From: Candidatus Freyarchaeum deiterrae
GTDB taxonomy: Archaea; Asgardarchaeota; Jordiarchaeia; Jordiarchaeales; Jordiarchaeaceae
Length of the DNA: 64,000 nucleotides
Direction: 5' to 3'
Assembly (NCBI GenBank): GCA_037305845.1
Contig: CP147778.1
Coordinates: 448,001 to 512,000, forward strand
Below, piece by piece: positions 1-9,259 of the stretch. Below the pieces are notes generated by a model. It did not search any database, was not told the origin of the DNA, and saw only the letters and a list, made by a program, of their open reading frames with translations. Positions within the stretch are counted from its first letter, which is position 1. Every line of letters begins with the position of its first letter. The position numbers and the translations under genes were made by a program.

Positions 1-378
1 GAAAAATAAGAGGTGTAATAGAACGCCCATAAACCAAATAGACCCCAAAGAGGATTTTACCGACTTTTTATCTACATAATTTGATTAAAAAATAGTTATT
101 CCGGGGTATGAAATTTGCGGTTTTTGAATTATATTGCTTAAATACTAAAACTTGTTGGAGAATGAAACGGGGATATTTTCAAATATATTCCTAAAAATGG
201 TACAAAAGTCGAAGTTTAACTATAAAATGGGAAACACATGTATGAAAACGTTTATATACTAAAACATATTGAACATAAAACAATAACAATTTAATGTATA
301 TTCGAACAGGATGTAAAACGCTAAAAACTATGCTTGTTTAAAATGCATGCTTTTTGTAGCAGAGGCGTTAATAAAATT

Positions 379-2403
379 ATGAAAAAATCCTCGGTGGAGA
401 AAAACCAACGCGGTAAACCCAATAAACACCCAACAAAATCACTAGGACCAGTCTCGAACCTCGAGGAATATGTTCTGCCCGATTGGTGGCGGCGTATTTT
501 TAACTCCCTATATCTGAAAACCGATGCAGATGTAGTGGACGACCAGAAAATAACGAGCCAAGAAGTGGGTCTATTTTCCTCAATTCTGAAACTCTCGCAG
601 GATGACAGAATTCTGGATCTATGCTGTGGACAGGGACGACACTCTCTGGAACTGGCCAGAAGAGGATTCAAGAACGTTGAAGGGATTGACCGCTCTCAGT
701 ATTTAATTCAAAAGGCTAAATCACAAGCCAAAAAAGAAGGACTGAACGTTCGGTTTAGAGAAGGCGACGCTAGAAAACTCCCCTATTCATCCGATACCTT
801 TGACGCGGTTCTGATTCTAGGGAACAGTTTTGGCTATTTTGAAACCACTCACGACGACTTGAGAGTACTAAAAGAAGTACACAAGGTCCTAAAACCATGG
901 GGCAAAGTGCTCATAGATGTTGCTGATGGAGAATTCTTGAGGGAGAATTTCCAGCCCCGATCATGGGAATGGATAGACAAAAAACACTTCGTCGTCAGGG
1001 AAAGATCAATTTCTGCCGACGGCCAGCGTCTTATCTCAAGGGAAATAATTACAAACGCAGAGAAGGGGGCACTTGCCGACCAATTCTATGCGGAGAGACT
1101 ATACACAAAGGAAAGCATAATTAACCTTTTGAAAACAGCGGGCTTAAACAGTACCACTTTCCACGGCGAAATCTTCACAGATTCTCAGCGTAACCAGGAT
1201 CTGGGTATGATGGAAAGACGGCTCATAGTCACATCCGTGGTCAGAAAAGACTGGGCTCCTATCAAAAGGAAGCCAGGAGAAGAAGTGAGAAACGTAGTAG
1301 TAATTCTAGGCGACCCCAAAAAACCTGACCACCTAAAGCCGGGCGCAGTGTTCGACGACGACGACTTGTACACGATTGACCAGATGAAGGACGCTTTAAG
1401 GGAACTAAAAGGCTACAGCTTCTCATACCTGAGTAACCACGATACCCTGCTTCAGGATTTAATGAAACTGAAGGGTAAAGTAGACTACGTCGTTAACCTC
1501 TGTGATGAAGGTTTATACAACGATCCAAGAAAGGAGCTACACGTTCCGGCCTTTCTAGAGCAGCTTAACATACCTTACACTGGTTCAGGCCCTCAGTGTC
1601 TAGCTCACTGCTACGACAAATCCTTGGTGCGGGGTGTTGCAAAGGAAATGGGAGTTCCTGTTGCTAAAGCCATCCTCATTAAATCTGGTGATGCAACCGT
1701 TGATTTGACTTTCAGTTTCCCAGCTATGGTGAAGCCGAACTTTGGTGACTCCAGCTTCGGAATTACACAAAAGAGTGTTGTAAATAGCTCTGAAGAACTT
1801 CTAAACGCAGTTTCCGATGTCCGCGAAAAGTTTGGGTACAATAAACCAATCCTTGTTGAAGAATTCCTCTCTGGAAAAGAAGTCACCGTGGGGATAATTG
1901 GAAATCCCCCTGAGTCGTATAAAGTGTTACCCATCGTAGAGGAAGATTATTCGTCGCTGCCTGAAGGACTCCCCAAAATCTGCGGATACGAAGCCAAGTG
2001 GCTCCCTGACTCCCCATACTGGAGCCTAACATCCAAAATAGCTGAACTATCGGACGAGACAAGAAACATCATCGTAAAAGGATCATTGATGTTATACGAA
2101 CGACTCGAAGTCCGAGATTACTGCCGTTTCGACTGGAGGCTGGACGCACGAGGCAATCCAAAACTCCTTGAGGTGAACCCGAACCCGGGATGGTGCTGGG
2201 ACGGACACATGGCGAAGATGTCAAAAATAGCAGGAATGACATACTCCGAAATGCTGGAAACTATTCTACAAGCCGCTGAACAACGAATAGGAATGCGTCC
2301 AATAAACGGTAAAAGCCTGCTAAATGGTAATGGCAAAAGTCATAACGGTAACGGTAAAAGCGAGGAGCAACACACGGTCCTAGTTTCACCAACACAAAAA
2401 TAG
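379..2403 (+). CDS. Class I SAM methyltransferase fused to a D-Ala-D-Ala-ligase-like ATP-grasp domain
   Basis: N-terminal ILDLCCGQGRHS SAM motif I and GDAR motif. C-terminal Ddl-like motifs: NLCDEG, IPYTGSG, VKP..GDSSFGI, LVEEFLSGKEVTVG, RFDWR, LEVNPNPG. ATG at 379 preferred over TTG at 334. Confidence 0.85.
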   Translation: MKKSSVEKNQRGKPNKHPTKSLGPVSNLEEYVLPDWWRRIFNSLYLKTDADVVDDQKITSQEVGLFSSILKLSQDDRILDLCCGQGRHSLELARRGFKNVEGIDRSQYLIQKAKSQAKKEGLNVRFREGDARKLPYSSDTFDAVLILGNSFGYFETTHDDLRVLKEVHKVLKPWGKVLIDVADGEFLRENFQPRSWEWIDKKHFVVRERSISADGQRLISREIITNAEKGALADQFYAERLYTKESIINLLKTAGLNSTTFHGEIFTDSQRNQDLGMMERRLIVTSVVRKDWAPIKRKPGEEVRNVVVILGDPKKPDHLKPGAVFDDDDLYTIDQMKDALRELKGYSFSYLSNHDTLLQDLMKLKGKVDYVVNLCDEGLYNDPRKELHVPAFLEQLNIPYTGSGPQCLAHCYDKSLVRGVAKEMGVPVAKAILIKSGDATVDLTFSFPAMVKPNFGDSSFGITQKSVVNSSEELLNAVSDVREKFGYNKPILVEEFLSGKEVTVGIIGNPPESYKVLPIVEEDYSSLPEGLPKICGYEAKWLPDSPYWSLTSKIAELSDETRNIIVKGSLMLYERLEVRDYCRFDWRLDARGNPKLLEVNPNPGWCWDGHMAKMSKIAGMTYSEMLETILQAAEQRIGMRPINGKSLLNGNGKSHNGNGKSEEQHTVLVSPTQK

Positions 2404-2450
2404 AGGGGAAGTAAACAGATTCCCTTTTATTTTTTCATTTTCATTTTTTT
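2402..2450 (+). terminator. Hairpin plus poly-T terminator
   Basis: AGGGGAA...TTCCCTT stem followed by long T tracts right after the stop codon. Confidence 0.5.
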
Positions 2451-2581
2451 AAAGAATTTCATAGTTGCAATTACTTCTTAATTCTAATTCTGATACATTT
2501 TTTATCTATTAAAAGTAAAAAAAAAGAAAAAAGTTTATCCTCTAAACTTGAGGAAGCTAGAAGATAAGACAATACCGGCTT

Positions 2582-3100
2582 TTATGGCTGCTGTGATTCC
2601 AGAACCTCTATTGTTTTACTGCAGAATTGAGGAAGATCCGCCGGCATACGGGATGTGACCAGTTTTCCATCTACTACAACCGGGCTGTCCTCGTAGATAC
2701 CGCCAGCATTCTTGAGGTCGGTGGCCACGGAGTACCAGCAAGTAGCTCTTTTGCCTCTGATAACATCGGCTTCGATCAACATTTGGGCTGCATGGCAAAT
2801 AGCGGCAATCACTTTTCCCTTCTTAAAAGCGGATTTAACTAGTTCAACCAATCCCTTGTTAATTCTCATACTGTCAGGTGCACGACCTCCGGGTATTACA
2901 ACTGCTACATAGTCGTCAATCTTCACTTGGTCGGGGGAAAAATCAGTCCTGTAAGGAACTCCGTACTTGCCGTGATAGCTTTCTTTAGCTTTAGCGCCGA
3001 CGATTTTCACTTCGTAGCCGGCTTCCTGAAGTCGATAATAGGGGTAAATGAATTCTGAATCTTCAAACCCGTCGTCAATCAAAATAATTATTTTTTTCAT
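2582..3100 (-). CDS. pfpI: PfpI/DJ-1 family protein (glyoxalase III/deglycase/protease)
   Basis: GFEDSE, VIPGG, AAICHA (nucleophile Cys-His), VVVDGKLVTSR motifs. Confidence 0.9.
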   Translation of the reverse strand: MKKIIILIDDGFEDSEFIYPYYRLQEAGYEVKIVGAKAKESYHGKYGVPYRTDFSPDQVKIDDYVAVVIPGGRAPDSMRINKGLVELVKSAFKKGKVIAAICHAAQMLIEADVIRGKRATCWYSVATDLKNAGGIYEDSPVVVDGKLVTSRMPADLPQFCSKTIEVLESQQP

Positions 3101-3120
3101 CCTTATCCCCCATTAAGTCG

Positions 3121-3672
3121 TTATCCTTTCATGCTCATTGTTATTTTTATTTCGGCGAACATTTCTCTCTTCGCTTTGCAGATGGGGCAGATGTACGGCG
3201 GGTCGTCGCGGTAGACAACGTAGCCACACTGTCTGCAGTACCACAGCTTCTTCTTAATCTCAATAGGTTCTTCAGTTTCAACAGCTGCTTCCTCTTCAAC
3301 CTTCTTTTCAGCTACACCTTCCGTGGGCTGAAAAGCTCTAGACTGCTTCTCCATAGGTCTACGCTCAGGAATCGACGTCGAGGGAGCATTACCCTCATAC
3401 ACGTCCTGACTGACGTAAAGTGAGCAGTAGCACTGTCCGAATTCCGCTACATCTGGGTCTCGATAGTCGCAGGGACAAATTATATCCCGGTCGATGTCGA
3501 GTTTTCCTGCAGCTAGTCTGCAGGGACATGAGGGATATCCATAGCGTTCCCAATTCTTTTTAAGTCCTTCAATTAACCCCTTGAGAAAATCTGGATCCGG
3601 ATTTAGGTAGTAGCCGTAAGTCTTTGCGTCGCTTTCAGCTCTCTTCTTAACTTCATCCAAGGTTGGTGTCAA
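3121..3672 (-). CDS. Ferredoxin:thioredoxin (disulfide) reductase catalytic subunit with C-terminal rubredoxin-like domain
   Basis: CPC-x13-CPC-x12-CYC FTR signature; C-terminal CRQCGY...CPICK rubredoxin motif. Confidence 0.9.
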   Translation of the reverse strand: MTPTLDEVKKRAESDAKTYGYYLNPDPDFLKGLIEGLKKNWERYGYPSCPCRLAAGKLDIDRDIICPCDYRDPDVAEFGQCYCSLYVSQDVYEGNAPSTSIPERRPMEKQSRAFQPTEGVAEKKVEEEAAVETEEPIEIKKKLWYCRQCGYVVYRDDPPYICPICKAKREMFAEIKITMSMKG

Positions 3673-3953
3673 AACTCTAAAGCCTCCTTTATATCGTCTA
3701 CACGATAACCGTTGATTAATTTGTTATCGTCTATAATTAATACAGGGAAAGAAAGAACTCCTCCTCTATTCACAATATCTTTCCTGATTTGGTCGTAATC
3801 ATCCTTTTCACATAAATCCACATCCACATACTCGTACTCTACACTGTTCTCCTTCAAAAGCTGCTTCGTTCTTCTACACCAAACACAGGTACTTATTGCG
3901 TACATCAGGACTTTGTGTTTATTTTTCGAACCCGGTACTTTTACAACATTCAT
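3669..3953 (-). CDS. Glutaredoxin/NrdH-like redoxin
   Basis: CVWC active site and SFPVL cis-Pro motif; 4-nt overlaps with both neighbours. Confidence 0.9.
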   Translation of the reverse strand: MNVVKVPGSKNKHKVLMYAISTCVWCRRTKQLLKENSVEYEYVDVDLCEKDDYDQIRKDIVNRGGVLSFPVLIIDDNKLINGYRVDDIKEALEF

Positions 3954-5347
3954 TTTTCAGATTCCTCCTCTTCAACGTGTTTCAAATTACTAAAAGCCCA
4001 CTTTACAACCTCTGTTGCAGCGGGGTGAATATGCATAGCCAAAACAATTGGAGCATAACTCCCATTTCCATAATTCATCGCATTAACTACCTCCTGTATG
4101 AGTTCGGGTGCAAAGGGACCTATTATGTGCCCGCCCAGAATTTTTCCGGTATCATGCTGCACAATAACTTTTACAAATCCTTCCGGTTCACCCATCGAAG
4201 AACCTTTAGCCGTTTCCTTGTAGGTGTAGTAGCCCACCAGAATCTTCTTGAACTCTTTTTTCGCATCGGCCTCCGTTAAGCCTACCGACGCGATTTGGGG
4301 ATGAGTGAAAACTGCGTGTGGCGTAGCAAATAGATCCACTGGCACCTTATTTTTATCAAAAGCGTTATGTACCGCGACTTGAGCCTCATAATTAGCTGCG
4401 TGTCTAAACATCTGTTTATCAATAGCATCTCCGAAGGCCCAAATATTTTTCTTGGTGGTTTCAAGAAACTCATTAACCTTTATGAATCCCTTGCTGTCCA
4501 CCTGTACACCAGTTTTCTCCGGCTTAAGCAGATCAGAGTTAGGCTTGCGTCCCGCAGCTATCATCAAAGCCTCAGCTGAAAACTCCTTTTCCTGCTGATT
4601 GGTTGTATCCTTAGCCACTACGGTTTTGACGCTATTCGTCTCTTTGAGTTCAACTACCTGATGATTCATGTATATCGCCATTCTTTTTTCCATTTCCTTC
4701 TTGAGCAAGTCTGAAACCTCTGGCTCTTCAGCCGGTACAAGTCTTGGTCCCAGTTCAACCATTGTAACTTCGGTGCCCATGCCTGCGAAGAAATGAGCGT
4801 ACTCGCAGCCAATGTATCCTCCACCAATAATAACGATGCTTTTGGGTAGTTCTTCCAGCTCTAGGACGGTCTCATTCGTTAAATATTGAACACTATCAAT
4901 TCCTTTAAATGGAGGGATAAGTGGCCTCGCTCCAGAGACAATGAATATTTTATCCCCCTTTATCTTCATGTCTCTTATCTGCATCGTGTAATCCGAAACA
5001 AACTCACCCACATCCTGGAACCACTGAATATTCGGATCTGCTTTCACACCCTTAGCCATTCCTTGATTCTCTTCAGTGACAAGGTGGTGCATCCGATGCA
5101 TAATATTTTGAAAGTCAATCGACTCTATCTTAGCCTTTATACCGATTTTCTCTGCTTCCTGAATCATAGCAACAACGTCAGCGGGGTAGATAAGCATCTT
5201 TGAAGGAATGCAACCCCAGTTAAGGCAAGTTCCACCCAGCGGGGGTCCCTTATCAATCAAAGCTACTTTCAGACCGCTCTCAACAGCTTCCGAAGCCACC
5301 ATCATTCCAGAACCTGAACCAATAACAATCACGTCAAACTTATCCAT
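3950..5347 (-). CDS. Pyridine nucleotide-disulfide oxidoreductase (dihydrolipoamide dehydrogenase/mycothione reductase-like)
   Basis: GSGSG FAD motif, GGTCLNWGCIPSK redox disulfide, GGGYIG, C-terminal HIHPAATE His-Glu dyad. Confidence 0.9.
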   Translation of the reverse strand: MDKFDVIVIGSGSGMMVASEAVESGLKVALIDKGPPLGGTCLNWGCIPSKMLIYPADVVAMIQEAEKIGIKAKIESIDFQNIMHRMHHLVTEENQGMAKGVKADPNIQWFQDVGEFVSDYTMQIRDMKIKGDKIFIVSGARPLIPPFKGIDSVQYLTNETVLELEELPKSIVIIGGGYIGCEYAHFFAGMGTEVTMVELGPRLVPAEEPEVSDLLKKEMEKRMAIYMNHQVVELKETNSVKTVVAKDTTNQQEKEFSAEALMIAAGRKPNSDLLKPEKTGVQVDSKGFIKVNEFLETTKKNIWAFGDAIDKQMFRHAANYEAQVAVHNAFDKNKVPVDLFATPHAVFTHPQIASVGLTEADAKKEFKKILVGYYTYKETAKGSSMGEPEGFVKVIVQHDTGKILGGHIIGPFAPELIQEVVNAMNYGNGSYAPIVLAMHIHPAATEVVKWAFSNLKHVEEEESEK

Positions 5348-5734
5348 AATCTCACCTCAAAAAACATTACAAAAACCAATAGCCAAGACACCAGCCATGA
5401 TTTTCAAGCCCTCCACATACATAAACCAGAAATACAAGACTGTATCCAAACAGAAACCAGAAATACAAACACACTATAATACCTTATATCAATAAACGAA
5501 TGTATATAAGAATTTTGATAAACTCCCCCCAGCAAAATTATTCACCTCACTATCTAAATAGCAGAATTTAACGAATTTTATTGTATAGAAATTTTTAAAA
5601 AGAAGATTTCTTAACTGAAGTAAAGTTAGGTCTTTTGAGAAGTGTCCCGCTATCGAAAGCCACATTGGTTAATTCTTCTCTAAACAGTCGCTCAATAGTT
5701 GCAGCTTTTCGTTGCAAACTTGCGAGGAGTCGGT

Positions 5735-6448
5735 ATGATTTCCAGAAAGCATATGACGGAGATAAGTGAGTTCGATAATTGGACAGGGAATGGGATTCCA
5801 TCGGGTAACTATCTTGTTCTCGGTCCTCCCAAGGTTGGAAAGAAGGTTTTTGTGGATCAAGTCGCTTACTTATCTGCCTCTAAGAACCAGCCTGTTGTCT
5901 ACATTACTCTAGATGGTTCACCTGACAGCATTAAGGCGCGTATGATGGAATTCAGCTGGAATGCGGAAGCTTTAGAGAGAAAGAACCTGTTTCAGTTTGT
6001 GGACGGATTCACCATGTGGTACACTCATCCCCCATCAGGCGATAACGAGTTCGCTGTGGAGAGTTTAACGAATGTTTCCAAACTTTTGTCAGTTATTGTC
6101 ACTGCACTAGATAAGGTTGGAGAGGATGGAATCATTATCTTCTCAACTCTCTCTACCTTAATGGAGCACGCGGGATTCCAGAGGTCGTACAGTTTCATGA
6201 CCGGGTTGAAGGCAATAATCGAGGAGAGAAGCGGCCTCGGATTCACCGTGCTGACCAGCGGCATGCACTCGGAAGGAGAGATAAACGCATTCAAGCACAT
6301 TGTTGACGGAATAATCGAGATGCAGTACAAGCCCACAGGCGGAGAGATGAAACGAAGGATGAGAGTAATAGGGATAGGAGCGAGACTGGACTACCTTGAC
6401 TGGAAAGAGTTCAACATCACAACTAGCGGAATCAAGTTAAGCATGTAG
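5735..6448 (+). CDS. KaiC/RAD55-family single-domain ATPase, degenerate motifs
   Basis: GPPKVGKK Walker A variant, VYITLD, IVDGIIEM, RRMRV; GAGGAG RBS before ATG 5735. Confidence 0.8.
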   Translation: MISRKHMTEISEFDNWTGNGIPSGNYLVLGPPKVGKKVFVDQVAYLSASKNQPVVYITLDGSPDSIKARMMEFSWNAEALERKNLFQFVDGFTMWYTHPPSGDNEFAVESLTNVSKLLSVIVTALDKVGEDGIIIFSTLSTLMEHAGFQRSYSFMTGLKAIIEERSGLGFTVLTSGMHSEGEINAFKHIVDGIIEMQYKPTGGEMKRRMRVIGIGARLDYLDWKEFNITTSGIKLSM

Positions 6449-6601
6449 CAACGGAGGCCATAACTTTTTCAGTGCCAAAAGCATAAATATTTCTAATTCG
6501 GAAAAAAAGTGTCTCAACTAAGTAATCACAATGTTTATAAAGTCTAACAAAGAGAAAAAAAGCCATATCAGTTGAATAAAATTTGGAGAGAGGTGTTTTT
6601 T

Positions 6602-7546
6602 GTGGTAATTAGTGTACATGGTCATATACTCAATAAGGATATGTGGTCTGATACCTTCTGGGATTGGCAAGCCAGAACCTTTCAACTGGCTTTCGGTATC
6701 CCCAAGGAAATGTATTTTCAACAGATACTGCCCCAAGTAGCGGGGTTCAATGCGGAGGGGTACGTTAAGGTAATGGAGACTGCGGGCATCGATAAGGCGT
6801 TGGTTATGGGAGTTGACTGGGGAATGTCCGTGGCCGGCGAAGCCAAATGGTCCGTGGAAGAGATGAACCATTGGGTTGCAAAACAGGTAGACGAATACCC
6901 CGATAAGCTCGCAGCCCTCTGCGCCGTGGACCCTCGAAGAGGAGAAAGAGCGGTTAAACTGCTCGCGAAAGCGGTAGAAGAGTGGGGAATGAAGGGACTC
7001 AAATTCCACCCCACCGCAGGTTACTATCCGGATGACCCCAAGTACTTCCCTCTCTATAAGAAATGCGTAGAACTCGATGTACCACTTCACTCACACACCG
7101 CGGTAATAATGGCTCCAATGGAATCCAAATTTGCGGACCCCATACACCTCGACAGCGTTGCGGCGCACTTTCCCGAACTAAAGATAATCGCAATTCACTT
7201 CGGGGGACTTTGCTGGATGCTTAAGTGTATGGATATAATGTGCTTCAGACCCAATGTTTATGCAGAAATCTCGGCACAACAGCCTGGTGCGGCTGGTATG
7301 CCCCAATACTGGCTGACCACTCTAAGAAACATTCTCAACGTACCAGCACTAGTGGGATCTTCTCTCAAAGAGAGGATAATGTTTGGCACCGACTCGCCCT
7401 TAATCACGACCGTAATGGGTGACGACAAATGGGTAGATTGGATCAAAAACATCCCAGAAAAAGCCAAGGAATACGGCTTAAACTTCACCCAAGAAGAAGT
7501 CAACAAAATCCTCAGCGAAAACGCAAAGAGGATACTAAAACTATAA
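6602..7546 (+). CDS. Amidohydrolase_2 family metal-dependent hydrolase/decarboxylase
   Basis: HGH, VDPRR, GLKFHP, HSHT, IHFG, FGTDSP, NAKRIL; GAGGTG RBS before GTG 6602. Confidence 0.85.
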   Translation: MVISVHGHILNKDMWSDTFWDWQARTFQLAFGIPKEMYFQQILPQVAGFNAEGYVKVMETAGIDKALVMGVDWGMSVAGEAKWSVEEMNHWVAKQVDEYPDKLAALCAVDPRRGERAVKLLAKAVEEWGMKGLKFHPTAGYYPDDPKYFPLYKKCVELDVPLHSHTAVIMAPMESKFADPIHLDSVAAHFPELKIIAIHFGGLCWMLKCMDIMCFRPNVYAEISAQQPGAAGMPQYWLTTLRNILNVPALVGSSLKERIMFGTDSPLITTVMGDDKWVDWIKNIPEKAKEYGLNFTQEEVNKILSENAKRILKL

Positions 7547-7586
7547 AACACACTAATTCACCCTTCTCTTTTTCTTTTCCACATAT

Positions 7587-7770
7587 ATGAAAGAGCAGGT
7601 AACTAAAGAACGGGTTGAAAGACGAAAACATGACTTAGCTGTTGCAAAACTTCTTCTCAGAGAGGGGAAGTATTTAGATCTGGCAGTTTTCCATATTGTC
7701 AGGCAATTGAGAAATATCTAAAAGGTTATCTTATTTATAAAAGCGGGGATTAAAGAAGATACACGACCTT
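7587..7770 (+). pseudogene. HEPN-domain protein remnant (frameshifted, truncated)
   Basis: Reading across two frameshifts gives MKEQVTKERVERRKHDLAVAKLLLREGKYLDLAVFH / QAIEKYLKGYLIY / LKKIHDL, the DL..A, FH.QQA.EK.LK, K.HDL pattern of HEPN proteins from MNT-HEPN modules. Confidence 0.75.
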
Positions 7771-8160
7771 TTTCTTGGATTCAAGGAGAGCCCTAAAGAG
7801 TGGTCGAGTAAAGAGCCCAGAGTGATTATTTTTTTGATTAGTGTTTCAATGTTGAACTTGCTTGAAACTAGAACTGAAATTAAAAGCAGTTGGTTTCGTT
7901 TAAAGTGTGGAGGAGGCGAAAAAGAAGTACGAAAAAAAATAAGACGAAGTTATATCCGTATGTAAACTTCAAGAAAAAAATTATTTTGTTTGACATTGAG
8001 AGGTGGCGGTGATAAATAATAGTTTAAGATGTATCGCTGAAATCGAGGATAAAAATAAAGCTCGCTTGCTTATAACTCCAATTTGGGAAGAAATATGAAT
8101 TTCATATATATGTGTTTAGTCCATCAAATTTTTCTTTGATAACGAATTTAGGTGATGAAA

Positions 8161-8877
8161 ATGTCTAAAAAGGAAACAATCAGCAAGAAAAATGATAACC
8201 CCAAAGATGATGCGGAGGCATGGTTTATCAAGGGCAATGCATTGCTTCGTCTCGGAAAGCGTAAACAGGCGGTAAAATGCTACGATAAGGCTATAGAGAT
8301 AAAACCCAACTATGCATTGGCATGGCTTATCAAGGGCGCAGTATTGCATGGTCTCGGAAAGCCCGATGAGGCGGTAAAATGCTACGATGAGGCGATAGAG
8401 ATAAACCCCAACCATGCAGGTGCATGGCTTAACAAGGGCAAAGCATTGGGTGGTCTTGGAAAGCGTGAAGAGGCGGTAAAATGCTACGATAAGGCTATAG
8501 AGATAAACCCCAACCATGCATCGGCATGGCTTATGAAAGGCAAAGCATTGGGTGGTCTTGGAAAGCGTGAAGAGGCGGTAAAATGCTGTGATAAAGCTGT
8601 AGAGATAAACCCCAACTATGCATCGGCATGGCTTAACAAGGGCGCAGTATTGCATGGTCTCGGAAAGCTTGATGAGGAGTTAAAATGCTACGATAAGGCT
8701 ATAGAGATAAAACCCAACTATGCATTGGCATGGCTTAACAAGGGTTTAACATTGGACGATCTTGGAAAGCGTGATGAGGCGGTAAAATGCTGTGATAAAG
8801 CTATAAAAATAAACCCCAACATTGCAAAGATATACCCCAACCTTGCAAAGAAATTGCGCAGATTATCAAGGAGATAG
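8161..8877 (+). CDS. Tetratricopeptide repeat protein (6 TPRs)
   Basis: Six 34-aa units AxAWxxKGxxLxxLGKxxEAVKCxDKAIEIxPN. Confidence 0.95.
   Translation: MSKKETISKKNDNPKDDAEAWFIKGNALLRLGKRKQAVKCYDKAIEIKPNYALAWLIKGAVLHGLGKPDEAVKCYDEAIEINPNHAGAWLNKGKALGGLGKREEAVKCYDKAIEINPNHASAWLMKGKALGGLGKREEAVKCCDKAVEINPNYASAWLNKGAVLHGLGKLDEELKCYDKAIEIKPNYALAWLNKGLTLDDLGKRDEAVKCCDKAIKINPNIAKIYPNLAKKLRRLSRR
8212..8823 (+). repeat. Six near-identical 102-bp tandem repeats encoding the TPR units
   Basis: Units start at 8212, 8314, 8416, 8518, 8620 and 8722; recurring GCGGTAAAATGCT and ATAGAGATAAAxCCCAAC blocks. Confidence 0.95.
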
Positions 8878-9067
8878 AGTCTGGAACCGATAGGGCGGGG
8901 AACATGACCCAATACTGTTCGAAAGATTGTGTCGAGATGGCTGAGGGGAGCTTGTCTAGAACCGTTTGTATACATCAACTCGGTTTTTTGGAGGATTATG
9001 AGGCGGGTTGTGTGAACATGAATCGTTTGCGAACCCCCATTTCTGGGCGCTATAAAGCATCACTGCT

Positions 9068-9235
9068 GTGCTGCCTGCTGGACCGGTAGTTGCAGGGCAC
9101 CTGTATGGTGGGCTAGCGCTTTACATTCGTCATATGAACACTTCAGCTAGCAGCGCTTACCATGTACTTTGTCGATTGGGATGGGCTCAAAAAGGAAGCA
9201 GAACGCTTCAGGAAGTCCTTCAAGTTCGGATTAAA
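9068..9235 (+). pseudogene. Possible C-terminal remnant of an MFS-type transporter
   Basis: AGPVVAGHLY (MFS TM11-like) followed, in another frame and with a stop, by hydrophobic TFVI*TLQLAALTMYFVDW. Confidence 0.3.
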
Positions 9236-9259
9236 TTTCCAAATAGACTGTAGCCAGCT

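Noticed and set aside
8116-8655. Antisense ORFs over real genes (also 6518-7090, 11300-11863, 45116-45523 and others)
   Set aside because: Shadows of well-supported genes, mostly on the opposite strand, with no independent motifs.
8212-8823. TPR repeats as a CRISPR array or DGR template/variable pair
   Set aside because: The repeats are in-frame coding units with no unique spacers, variation is not adenine-specific, and no cas or reverse transcriptase gene is present.
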